Origin: Phyllosticta citribraziliensis
Lineage: Eukaryota
Assembly (NCBI RefSeq): GCF_038025025.1
Contig: NW_027117354.1
Location: forward strand, 124,001-188,000
DNA length: 64,000 nucleotides
Direction: 5' to 3'
The notes beneath the pieces are model-generated. The model worked only from the letters and a program-made list of their open reading frames with translations. It was not told the origin of the DNA and ran no database searches. Shown in pieces: positions 13,409 through 24,890 of the stretch; position 1 is the stretch's first letter, and each line of letters starts with the position of its first letter. A program made the position numbers and the translations under genes.

Positions 13409-13636
13409 CCGCTGATCTTGACTCTTAAATAGCAAACTTTTCCGGTTTGACGCCAAGTCCAGGGATGCTTGGCCTTCGATCGCGCTAGCAGTACGTAAAA
13501 AAAGACCGTTATCGACAATTTCTAGACCAATCAAAAGCTCATGATTTAACATTGCGGATGTAGGAAGCCGTCCATGCACATCCCAAAACCCTTCTATAAA
13601 CTTTGCTGATCTACATCAATGTGACCCAGTTCTACC

Positions 13637-14795
13637 TTAGTGTCTGATCACAACCTTGGTCTCCTCGTGCCTGCTGAAACGCGCATAGTACTCTGGCGCT
13701 TCTTCGATACCGATGATACTGCTGACGATGAAGGAAGGGTTTGCCCGACCGGAAGTGATCAAAGGTACCAGTTCTGCAGCGACGCTCTGTAGAGGAAGCA
13801 CGATACCGCCATGGATCGCAATGTTCTTCATGTAGGTTCCGCCAATGTTGAAATCATTCAAAGAGTCGTTGAACACGCCGAGAATACCCATTCCACCTAC
13901 AGGAGCCGTAACCTGTACCATCTCGCGCAAGGTGACGGACGAGTCGACCGTGCCGTTCGCGTTCACCGCTTCAAAGCCGACAGCCTCGACGCTTCGTCTC
14001 ACACCACCTGGCTCCATCCGCAAGATCTGGTCGACGGCAGATGAGTTTCGGAAATTGATGGGTATAGCACCGATCGAGGCAGCGAGGTCTAGACGTTCTT
14101 GCACTTGGTCGACGCTGTAGACACGCGAAGCACCGCGAAGAATGGCGGAGTATGCGGCCAGGAGACCGACGGGCCCAGCACCAAAGACAGCAACAGAGTC
14201 TCCTGGCTCGAAGCCAGACCAGGTTACACCAGTCCAAGCAGTGGAGAAGATGTCACCAACGAAGAGGTAGTCCATCAGGGTTGTTTCGCTTGTACTCGAG
14301 TTGACGGGGACTGGAATGAGAGAGTTGTCCGCAAACGGGATCCTGGTGTATTCAGCTATCCTTGTGGTCAGCAGACTGCGCGTGTTTCAGCTCGTCCAAA
14401 AGGAGATACGCACTCTGCACACCAGGAAGCGCTTCGCCTTCAGGTCCACTCAAAACGTGTTGAGTATCATAGACGTCCGGCTCGATGGTCCAATGCCCGT
14501 TGTCGAGGTTATCGGGAATGACGACATAGTCGCCAACATTCAGAAACTGTACAGCATCACCAATCTCAGTCACGTAGCCGATGGCTTCGTGACCATACAG
14601 ATAGGGCTGTTCAGGCGATCCTGAGTCGAAGTGATAGGTGTGCATGTCGCTGCCACAAATGGCTGACATGTTGATGCGGACAATCACATCTGTCGCATCG
14701 AGGATGGTTGGGACGGGGACGTCGACGACTGAAACGTTGAATGCCTGGCCAAATTGGGCAACGGCGCGCATCATGGCTGTCATGTTGGAGGCCAT
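13637..14795 (-). CDS. Zn-dependent medium-chain alcohol dehydrogenase (glutathione-independent formaldehyde dehydrogenase-like branch)
   Basis: ICGSDMH and YGHEAIG catalytic-Zn motifs, third ligand in VGDIFSTAW, Rossmann motif VFGAGPVG. Intron 14413-14356 (GTGCGT...GCTGAC...TAG) joins the two ORFs in frame. Confidence 0.92.
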
Positions 14796-14981
14796 GTTGT
14801 AACGATTGTGTGTTGAAAATGAAGTACTGAATGAGTACTGCTGCAGCACAGTAGAATGTACTTCTCTTATAATTAATCCCCCCCTTCAATGCAAACGGCG
14901 ACGCGCAAGTTGCATCGCCATGTAGCCAAGACCTCAAGATGCACAAGTTTGACATGTTGACGTTCGTGGGTTCCAAACTTC

Positions 14982-15103
14982 TTTGCCAAGAGATGGAGTT
15001 AGCGGCAATACCGGACGTATGCGAGATGTATCTCGATATATGATGCAATTGTGGGACCTGACTTATTTGCCAAGAGATGGAGATAGTGGGAATATCGGAC
15101 GTA
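14982..15103. repeat. Imperfect direct repeat of about 38 bp upstream of the ADH gene
   Basis: tttgccaagagatggagttagcggcaataccggacgta versus tttgccaagagatggagatagtgggaatatcggacgta. Confidence 0.75.
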
Positions 15104-15999
15104 GACCTTCCTCCAAGACGAGTGTAGCAGCCTGGGTGGTAGCCGGTCGCCCTGGTCCTACATCCCGCGGTGGACGAGGAAGTGGTATGCTCGGTACCGG
15201 TGGTCCCACCCAGGCGAGGCTGTCGTACGAAGCCTTTGGGAGATCGTGTGGCGGAGTATAACGCGGCGCAAAGGCTCAAGCGTCGCCGGGGCCCTGATTC
15301 AAGTCCGGAGACAGAGGGCAAACTCCCCAACCCTGCGTCCAAACCAAGCTCGTCCTTATTGAGGTTGGGAGACCGATTTCTGGGACCCTCCAGCGCGCCG
15401 CCGGCCAATAACGGCGCTACTGATGCTGCGGACAAGGATTGTCAGGCACAGAATAAGGCCATCACGGAGGAGACGAAGTACCGGTGATGGATCGCAAAAT
15501 AAAACCCAATTGGGATTACTTCCAGGTTTTCTCTTTCTCTTCTTTCCTTTCTTGCGGGCGGCTCTTATGAAATGGCGGTAATGCGGGGCAGAAAAGGCGG
15601 AGCAGAAACTCGACAAGTCGATTGGTCTTGGATTCAAACAAATAAATCGAGTGTCATTCCGTTTTGCTGGAATTTCAATGCGTGTCTTGGTAAATTCATG
15701 ATTGCAGCGCTTTGTTTTGTGGCAGGAGTTGAAATTGGAGTTGGTCTTCAAGAGATCGAGAGCTGATGAAAACCCCCAGATACGACACCCGTGTATACCT
15801 CCCGATACAATCCAGACAGTGACGCGCGCAAGGAGCGTTCAGAACGTGACGGCAGACTATGCGGCTCAACGGGGGCTCGGTACTGCACAATCTGGTCAGT
15901 ACGGTGCTCCGCAATGCGTCGACTGAGGCAAGGGCCAGATTTGACGTGGCTGAGCGGACTGCGCCCACCCAGGCATCTGTGTCCTTATCAAATATTGTG

Positions 16000-16478
16000 G
16001 GTGACACTGCGGTGACCTCCTGCAGTCTGGTTTGAAGAACGTGATGGAGCAGGCCCAACAAAAACCAAGGAACTCACTGTAGTCTACGACTTGGTCAAGC
16101 AATGCCAGCTTGGTCTCTCAGACCTCCCCTGACGCATCGCATCGACCGAGACGACAGCAAGCTTCGACGTTGCTATCAAGGCGAACTCAAGCCCCTGTCA
16201 CCCTCCTCAATGGCATGTATAACACCGTCGGCGACCTGCTGTGAGCTGGCTTGAAGGAGTGGATGAAGCAGGCACAGCACCAGACCAAAGAGCTCCCAGG
16301 ACTTGTCCGGCTGGAAATCCAGGCCATGCCCAAAAACGCACGCATGCTCGCTGATGTCTTCGCCAGTCTTCCAAGCCACGAATTTCCGCAAGAGATTGCC
16401 GAAAAGCAGTGTGTCCCAAAGGAGATGGTGGGTTAGCTGAACAATCTGGTCAGGGCTGCCGTCAAAAGTCGCAAGTGA
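16000..16478 (+). pseudogene. Degenerate gene with an internal helical duplication
   Basis: GDLLQSGLKNVMEQAQQ(fs)TKEL at about 16011-16075 versus GDLL*AGLKEWMKQAQHQTKEL at about 16230-16295. Stops at 16242 and 16434, plus a -1 slip in an A-run. Confidence 0.5.
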
Positions 16479-16878
16479 GCTTCCTCCGTGGTGACCAAGG
16501 TTTGTGAGATGGCGCAGTCTTGTCCTATCATGCAGTACTAAAGCGAAAGATTAGCTCTTGATTCCACGAATCAGGACGTGTTGCAGGTGTAGACAACTGA
16601 GTGAGGCCCATCTTTCGGCGGACCAAAGGGCTTTTAACACAGGATGGTGGGTGGTGTGTCAAAGGGAGCGACTTGAAAAAACCAAAACAAATACCGCCCG
16701 CACCCAAGCACCCACCATTGAGCACTCTCGGCTACCAGCTCCCCAGCATTCAAGCACCAACCAACACCTTTCGCCGTATTCCCGCCGTCTCGACATCTTG
16801 CAGTACCCCACCAACTTCCTCCGCACACAATTCAAACCGCGACGCATTGTATTGTCCTCCAAGTCTTCGCGCGCCATC

Positions 16879-17655
16879 ATGGCTAGTCCAGGAGTTTTTC
16901 CAGTGCGTCCTTTTGACTTTTCCCTCGCTCGATGCAGCTACTGACGTTGATAGGTCAAAATGGACATCGACATCACGAAGTTGGACCTCACGAAGCTAGA
17001 GGACTGCAAGACCTTTTTTCTCAACGTCACCGGCTACCACAAGACCATCACCGAATGTTACGAGAATGGAGCGGATATCTTGAAGACCACCAAAGAGTTC
17101 ATGGACAAGGTCCGCGACAAGGCTTCTGAGCATGACCTTCAGGCAGCCGACGACGATTCCAGAGCTCAGCTCGAAAGGATCGTCGTTGCCGCCGAAAAGA
17201 GCAAGCTTGAGGATGACGAGTTTGCGCTCAAGTGCGCCGACCGTCTCAGCGACGATCTTGACGACCAAGTCGATGCCCATGAAGCGCGTGTCGAAGCCAC
17301 GGACGACTACTACGACAAGCTGTCCGATGCCCTCGGCGCCATGCACAAGCTGAACGAGGAGTTTGTCCCGAAGTTCACGCCTTTCATGGGAGACCTTGTC
17401 CAGAGGGTCAAGATGCTGAGCAACAATGAGCCTCTCCGAACCGACATGTGCACGAACCTCGCCATGCAGGAGGTGGTCAGCGTCAGCATTCCGCTCACAA
17501 AAGCCCACAACGAGATCATGGAGATGACGAAAGACTTTCTCGTCAAGTTCGTGCTTCTCGTCGTGGACGAGGCCAGCGATCTCGCCATCCTCCTGCATTT
17601 GTACGGTCGCCTCAAGGAGATCGCCAGGAAGTACCCAGAGGCCGAGGGTGAGTAG
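16879..17655 (+). CDS. Orphan alpha-helical protein (about 241 aa), paralog of the gene at 1-806
   Basis: Exon 1 16879-16902 (MASPGVFP), intron 16903-16953 (GTGCGT...CTGAC...TAG), exon 2 in frame with ORF 16960-17655. Strong C/G-ending codon bias. Confidence 0.8.
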
Positions 17656-18873
17656 GCGCGGGAGATGAAGGACAGGACGGAGGATCAAGGGCACAGCGGC
17701 GAAAGAAGAGCATCAACGCGAGGGGATCCGCCGGGCACGCGATGGTAAGCACTGCTCCTACTGCCGCCCTTACTGGCGCTCCGAGCTGCGCTAATGCACC
17801 AATTCTCCAGATCTCGGTCTCCAGCGTGCAGTTAGTGTTCGTTCGCCCGCAGCCATGAAGCTCAAGGTTGCATCAAGGCCCAGAGGGCAAAAACGGCAAA
17901 AGTGAAATGGTTAGGCAGGCGTTGATGGGACTAGAGGGAGGGAAGCATTTGTAGCAGACAATGGACAGCCTTTTCCTTACTCTCCCGTCAGCTTTCACTT
18001 CGCAGATGTACCTGGAATAGATAATGAGGTGACTGGACTTCTGACTGATATTCCTGTTGTGAGCGCCTCTGGTCAGCCTTGTGCTTGCCGGCTGAGTCGG
18101 CTGGCTCGTGACGCTGCCGCAGCCGGCCGACGGCCGGCGAAAAAGCTCTCGATGTGACGTGAGTAGCTTCGAGGATCGCGTACTGATCGTCCGCAAGGCT
18201 GGACCCTAGGAAGACTATCCCATGTCTCCCCCAGCCGTCTTGGCCCAGATTTGGGACGTGACGTTCCTCCAGGTCCGCCTCTTGGGACGCTACTCTCCGC
18301 GCTTGCGCTTGGAGTCGCGAGAGGCCGTTTCGTCTTCGTCGTCCTCGTCGGCGTCCTGCGAGCCGGGGTCTTTATCGTCTTTGAAGAAGGGCGAGCTTCG
18401 GTAGTAGAGCGGGAGGGCGAGAAAGAAGTGATGGTGGCGCCGAGAGCGCTGTGTTGCCTGGGGAGCCAGCGGGGGCGCTGGTGTCGTCGTTATTTTCGTT
18501 GTCTTTGTCTTTGTTGTTGCAGCTGATGCGGCCCTGCGTGTATTGAGCTCGAAGTTGCTCCTGAGACACAGCGGCATGTATTCCAGCTCCCCAACCGACT
18601 CTGCACCAGACCACAACGCCACGACAAGCCAGAGTATGGTACCGAAGATGCTTTCAGGACGAACTCTGGAATTTGTTAGTCCTGACTGCTGTGATCCAGG
18701 TTTTCAGGCTCGTTCGCGTGCCTTTGTGTTGTAAAAGAGACCAGTAGAGTGCAGAGAAGAGAACAGAAGAGAAAAGAGGAGAAGAGAAGAGTTCGATTTG
18801 ATTCGACTTGGTCGTAATCCTGCCGTCAACCCACGATAATTCCATGCCCCACTCCAACGCTGGCTACAGCAGC

Positions 18874-19236
18874 CTACTCCTTGTCCTCCATCATGGCCTT
18901 GGCCTGCTCATTCATCCATTTCATCGAGTTGCGGATTTTCTTGAGCTCCTCCACCGCCATCTTGTTGGTCTCGACCACGGACTTCATCTTTGCCTGGAGA
19001 CGATTGACCTGACGCTTCAGATGGATGTTCTCGACAATGAGGTCCCTCTCGTACTGTTCCACCTTCTTCAGCTCCTCAGCCAGCTTCTCGTTGGCCTCGA
19101 CCGCGGCGGCCATCTTTTCCACGTCATAGTCGACCGCGTTCAACGCCTCCGTCATTTCGACGTTGTGGGCCATGTTCAGCTGTTTAATCTTGGACTCGAG
19201 TGCCGAGATCTTCTCACGATCATGGGGTGTCGTCAT
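18874..19236 (-). CDS. Small orphan coiled-coil protein (120 aa)
   Basis: ATG-initiated ORF with coding-like codon use and continuous heptads (ISALESKIKQL, ENIHLKRQVNRLQAKMK). Confidence 0.6.
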   Translation of the reverse strand: MTTPHDREKISALESKIKQLNMAHNVEMTEALNAVDYDVEKMAAAVEANEKLAEELKKVEQYERDLIVENIHLKRQVNRLQAKMKSVVETNKMAVEELKKIRNSMKWMNEQAKAMMEDKE

Positions 19237-19749
19237 ATTCGCGGAGATGATGGTGTGGTTGACAGGTGCACAGGCGGAGACTTGCAGTAGAGCTAGAGAA
19301 TGTTAGATGAATTGAGGAAAAGCTTCGGCGGCGACATACCTTCGATTTTTTGGGAGGGGCGAGGCAATGCCTTCGACACGGGCTTTGAGCTTAAAGTCTC
19401 GATGCCTTGGGAAATGTTAGCTTTTGAGACATGCAGTGAGTAGCGACGTACTCTCTGAGATCGACGTGAGGTTGCGTCAGCGGCTGGTAGCAGAGAAGCA
19501 GGCCATGGAGTTTGTTGATGTTGTGCTGTGGATGCGAGAGTACCTAGGTACATGTAGAGGAGCGCGGCGCAATGGCGGCCGGATCACGTCTACCTCAGCA
19601 TTCGCTTGCCCATTCGCACCACCACCGCAGCCTTTTTTGGTCTAGCGCCTCGCGGGCGGTACCGAAGGCCTGCTCTTCCTTCAAACATTGACTTTCCCAA
19701 TCCACACCACCACAAGATCGGAACATTGAGATGATAAACAAACATCACC

Positions 19750-20554
19750 ATGGCTCCTCGTACGTCATCAATCTTGAGTTTGGCCGACTTGCAGAGACTG
19801 ACGCGTCCAGAAGACCTCAAGACCGACTTGGAGAAGCTTGGCGAGCTCTTGGAGCAGGCAGCCGCCATGGCGAACGGTTTGTTGACCATGTCGTTTGCGC
19901 CTTTTCTTACTGACGACGAGGCAGGCTTTCGGACCAACCTTAAAAAGGACGAGGAGGAGCACGAGCGCGCCAACTTTAGGAAGATGGAGCAGGAGCTCAA
20001 CAGGATGAGGAGAAGCTTGAGGAGGATGAGGAGATCAAAAAAGTGATGGAAGTGCTCGTGAAGAGCATGGATGAGCAAAAGAAGTACAAGGAGGAGTACT
20101 AAAACATCCAGCAGAACCACCACAAACTGCGCAAGGAACTTGAAGTCTCCTCGGCCGATCATGATCGTCTTATGCAGTAGGTGGCAGCCGCCTCGGCTTT
20201 CTCGGGGTGATTGGGAAGGACAGAATCAACCAAAAGTCGATTTTCCAGGTCTCCTGCGCTGAGTTGGCCGAGAAAATCAAAGCACACCTGACCGATGCCC
20301 AGTACACATTCAAAGACACCGAAGGCGAACGTAGCACCCAACGGTGCGCAAGTTGGGTGGAACACGTCTCTTCGGGTCGGAAGATAGTCACAGAAAGGTC
20401 GGAGACTTGCGCGGCGTGGAAAGGAGCCACAGACAGACCTCTAATCAAACATTTTCCCAGTAGTTTTCATCTTCGCGAGACGGTGATTGCGTCTTGGTCT
20501 TTCTCAATTTTTCCTGTCGGCGGCGTTTGTAAAGGCGTCCAGGAAAGATCTTAA
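19750..20554 (+). pseudogene. Disrupted coiled-coil gene
   Basis: MAPRTSSILSLADLQRL... shifts frame near 20000 into EKLEEDEEIKKVMEVLVKSMDEQKKYKEEY*NIQQNHHKLRKELEVSSADHDRLMQ*, with stops at 20100-20102 and 20178-20180. It may shift again into ORF 20207-20554. Confidence 0.55.
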
Positions 20555-20926
20555 AGGTATTCAAAGGTCATCGAGTTCCGGCGATTTGAGGGCTCTGCCC
20601 CAAACTCCACCGCCGGTGCTGGTCCATCAAGTATTTCCCGAATGATGTCCTCGTCTATCCATCTCCACCAGTGTGGGCCGTGGCTTACCGCAATCATCCT
20701 TGACTATCGGAATCCGTCGAGCCTAGAAGCCTGCCGCAAGTCGGCCTCTCCCGCCACCAGCCTGAGACTTGTAAGATACGCGTAGATGAGACAAAAGAGG
20801 CAGAAGTGGCCGTAAAGTTGTCGACGTCGGAGCATGCGGGCAAAGCCAAGTGGTAGTTGTTGTGCCGCTGTCAGAACCTTCATTTCCGTCGAAGCGAGGG
20901 AGCGCAGAGGAAACGATCGAGATAAA

Positions 20927-21355
20927 CTAAAGAGTTTCAAGTATGTCAGTCATGCTCTCCGCGATGGGTGAAAAAAGGCCAGGGGTAGCGCAAAGGAGTA
21001 GCTGGAGGAAAGCCACCCAGGTGTCATGGTCTAACCGGACTTCATGAAGCGTGTTCTCAATCGCGAGGTCGCGGACGTTGAGCCAGGCGATGTCCTCTTT
21101 GACATCTTTGTATCCTTGCCTGATGAACTCGACCTCCTGCGGAAGGATGTCAAGCTGTACCTCGTAGCTTTCAATTTTCAAACGAGCAAGGGTCAGTTGA
21201 CGTTCCAACTCCTTGTTGCCATCGCTCTGCTCGTTGGTCGAGCGTTGCTCGTTGGCGTTTTCGAGCGAATTCTTCGCCGACGACCTGTCGGTCTCCGCCG
21301 CTAGTTTTTCAAGTACATTGTCGCGAGCGCAACATCTGGAGAAAGGATCGGTCAA
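20927..21355 (-). CDS. Possible orphan coiled-coil protein; 5' end unresolved
   Basis: 142-aa ORF with heptads (KELERQLTLARLKIESYEVQL). No ATG start; an acceptor-like tttctccag lies near 21340. Confidence 0.4.
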   Translation of the reverse strand: MTDPFSRCCARDNVLEKLAAETDRSSAKNSLENANEQRSTNEQSDGNKELERQLTLARLKIESYEVQLDILPQEVEFIRQGYKDVKEDIAWLNVRDLAIENTLHEVRLDHDTWVAFLQLLLCATPGLFSPIAESMTDILETL

Positions 21356-24206
21356 GGATTGCTAACGCAGCGATCACTCCCGGTCCTCGGCTTCCGCTCG
21401 CTGCGGATCGGGCCGACCGGGCCGCTCGGATTCCGACGCTGATCCTTCCATTCCGGTCGGCGCTTGCAGGACAACATCGGACCCCCACCAATCAACCTCA
21501 CCTCTCCACAAGTCTTGCTCCCGTATTTCTCACTGAACGCTCTCTCTAATACCCAATTGTGTCCGTCAACGACCTTCTTCCTCTCGTGAGCTCACTGGAA
21601 GCCTGAAATTACCGCTTCCTGGCACGCAGTCTCCAAAGAACACCCGAACCCGAGTAATGTCAACGCCTTCACAAACAACCGAATGATTGCATGTAGAATG
21701 ACGCCGCCGAGTGCCGGTCTGAACACAGTGGCGACTACACAAGATATCTGCTCCTCGCTACCAATTCAAACCGCCCAAAGCTGAACACAGCTGAGAGGCA
21801 GATACTGACCAGAAGCCCTGACAGAGCGCTGCCGCTGCAGCTCTCACTGCTCACGCTCATCTCGCCGACATGAGCCCCGCTTGTGACTCCGTATTTGTGC
21901 GGCGCTTTTGCAGCAGGCAGTGGTCTTTTTGCTCCACCGAAAGCGCCTCGCTTGATGCAGCTCACCGATGACTACTTTCGCGGGAGGGACGAAAGGAGAT
22001 GACGCCGGCAGAATGATCGCCAGTCCTTCCAAACGCGATGCAGCTCAGCTTCAACCAAGCTCGTATTTGGCCGCGGCCAGTCCAGGTGCGTACACTCGTG
22101 TTCCATGACTTTGCCCAATCTGACACCGGCAAAGCTTTCAATGGACACTACACAATTCCTTCCAGCCGAGGGGGCCGTTGCGCCTTGAAACGCCCATCGC
22201 GACCAATTGTCGCGGCTTCGGACACCAAAGTCGTACGACCATGGATCTGAGCACTCCTTCGGCTACTGATGGCATGACCGATAGAGATAGGGACATATGA
22301 AGTACGTACATCCAGAGGGAGTCAAACGACCTTCCGATCCTAACAGCGCCCAAGCTAACTTTCTGTTCTTTGGTGTCTTTCAGCCTCCCCCGAAAACCGG
22401 TCTCTGCAAAACACGTCCCTTCAGAGCACGCCCTTCTAGCCTCCAACCGATAGTCGATCTCTGCAAAACACCTCGTATCAGAGCACGCAGCCGAATTCAA
22501 GGACCAGTTTTGGCAGGAGCACTTTCAGGATGGGCGCTGGCATTCAGTAAAACATGCAGATTCATTCTTACGCGGATGCGACCTCGTTCATTCAGTTCAG
22601 CAGCCACCGCGACATCATCAACAAGGTCAAAGCAACGCAGAGGGCCAGATGTGGTATGATAAAGAGGAACACGGGAAATTTCGAACAGGGCGCCGAGAAT
22701 GTCGGGAGACGAACTCTTCCAGTTGGACTTGCTCGCGTCACGCCGTTGAGGAAGTCCATTCACGCGGCATGTTTCTTTTGCGGACGTGCCAGATCTTTAT
22801 CAGCTCATCTGTTCCAAGCTCACGTCACCAGCACATCCTCGTCCGAGCTGCCGGGAAAAGATATGGATGCCCAAAATCACGAAGATGCAGGAAAGGGTCA
22901 TCTCAGCCGCCGAGGTCAGGGGGGAGACCTTGGAAAAGACCCACCGAAGCAGCGAAGGCGTGGAAGGAATTCGAAAGACATGGATCAGAATGCTGCGAAG
23001 CTGCCGAGGAACCGCAAGATAGGATCAGACGCCGCAAGAATATGGCCTTGGAGGCAGGGTAAGGGGTGGAGAAGGCAGACAACCCCGCCCCGGCATCGAG
23101 ATCTTCTCCAGTCTCCCTGAGCAAAGCTGGCCAAATGAATGGGAAATCGACAAGCTCGGCACGGGCCAAAGAGGGTTACTCGACTCAGGCCCTCTCTCAA
23201 TGTTATGCAAGGTCTCCAGCCGCGGTCCGGATCGCCTTTCGGATACCCAGACCCACAAGATTGGGCTTCGGGAGGAGGATACCAAGCAGGAAGCGGAGGC
23301 GTACAGAGACGAGTTGTATTAGCGAGACACCTTCTGATATTCGTATCAGGACGGCAAATCTGGGACTCGGAAAGTTGCGAAGGAATTGTAAGTTCTAGTC
23401 GGACTTCTGCAACCCACGTTCATCGCTGCTCCCGTTCTCAACTGCAGTCCTCGGATTGAAACCTCTAAGACAACGCACGCAGGGGAGTAAGAACACCGCG
23501 AGAATGGTCAGTCAACGGAGCATTCCGCGGCGTCTCGTGGAGTTAACGTCCTGGCGAAATTTGAGACAGAGGCTTGCACCTGGCAGCAAGCGGCGTGCAC
23601 CATGCGTCAAACTATGTACCTCCAGTCCAGCTAACCCGCAGTGCAGACATGGCAAGCCGATTTTTCAGACTGGGATGACCGAAGCTCTTCGCTCTCGAGC
23701 CCAAGGTCACCCATGGGAAAGGGCTTCTTCAGGGGCACACCGACGTTGACAATGTATCCTCAGGCACACTCCAAGATTGCTTACTTGTTTAGCCGACGTT
23801 GTTAGTCGAAGTATTGCTTGCGCTGCTTGCGCAAGGCCGAAGACGATTCAACGCGCCGACTGTAAAGGTCAACTTGCACGAATATTCCTACGAAATCATC
23901 CCGCATCCGCTATGAACCAGGTGGAATATGGCGGAAGGCCGGGATTGAAAGCCTTGTGACAATATCGGTGCCGGCGCCAGCTGGGAGCATCGGTCCGCCA
24001 AACTACGGAATGGTTTGTATAGTCGGCGCTTCGCTTGCTGTTTGTCGCTTCGGGCGGCATTCACCACCCACATCCTCCACCCCTTCCACCTCCCTCCATC
24101 AACCTCCCAACCACGACCCAGTCTTTGCTCAAATCATTCTTCCAGGCCTACAAGGCATGTGAAACAGCTGCAGTCCTTCCTCGCTACTCCAACTGATCGA
24201 TTACAG

Positions 24207-24890
24207 ATGTCCTCTGACGCAGCCACCTGGGCCGAGCGCCAGAGGCTCCTCTGGCAGCTAGTCGACCACGTCTTGACCGACGCACTTGAATTCTTTGAGG
24301 ACATGAATGACATCGTGGAGAAAAGTCTCCAAGCTCTCGATTTTTCCATTGCCCGGTGCATCGCTCTCCTCAAGATTACCCAGTCGTACAAAAAGAGCGA
24401 GCAGACCAAACGTGGCCAGAAGTTCGACCAGCTTCCCTACTACTACCTCCGATGCAAGAATGCTTCCGATGACTGGATCGCTGCCCGCGAGCAGCTTGGC
24501 ACGATCTTGACTACAGAGAACACTAGCAGGGCCGCGTTCGCCTTCCACCTTGAGACCTACAGGAAATTGGTGGAGTTCGACATGCTCGTCAAGGACATAT
24601 TCGGAGAGGATGAGTTTCAGAAGGTTGCGGAGACTGCGAGCAAGGAAAAGTCATCAAGCTTCGAAGAGCTCATCGCCAAGCGCCATGACGACCTCCGCAC
24701 GTTCAAGAAGGCGCTCATTCGCAAGTTTCTCGAGATTGAGGTCTTCAACGAGCGCCTCAAGCAAATATTCGAGCAGGCCCAGCTCGTTATTCCCAAGGAT
24801 GAGTGGACCAAGGTTGAGGATGAGGAGAAGCGCAGGATGGAGGAGAGGGTTGCGGCTGCCAAGAAGGTCGAAGGCATGGGCGAGGAGTGA
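24207..24890 (+). CDS. Orphan alpha-helical protein (227 aa)
   Basis: ATG at 24207 inside ORF 24015-24890, strong coding codon bias, amphipathic helices and a charged C-terminus. Confidence 0.7.
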   Translation: MSSDAATWAERQRLLWQLVDHVLTDALEFFEDMNDIVEKSLQALDFSIARCIALLKITQSYKKSEQTKRGQKFDQLPYYYLRCKNASDDWIAAREQLGTILTTENTSRAAFAFHLETYRKLVEFDMLVKDIFGEDEFQKVAETASKEKSSSFEELIAKRHDDLRTFKKALIRKFLEIEVFNERLKQIFEQAQLVIPKDEWTKVEDEEKRRMEERVAAAKKVEGMGEE

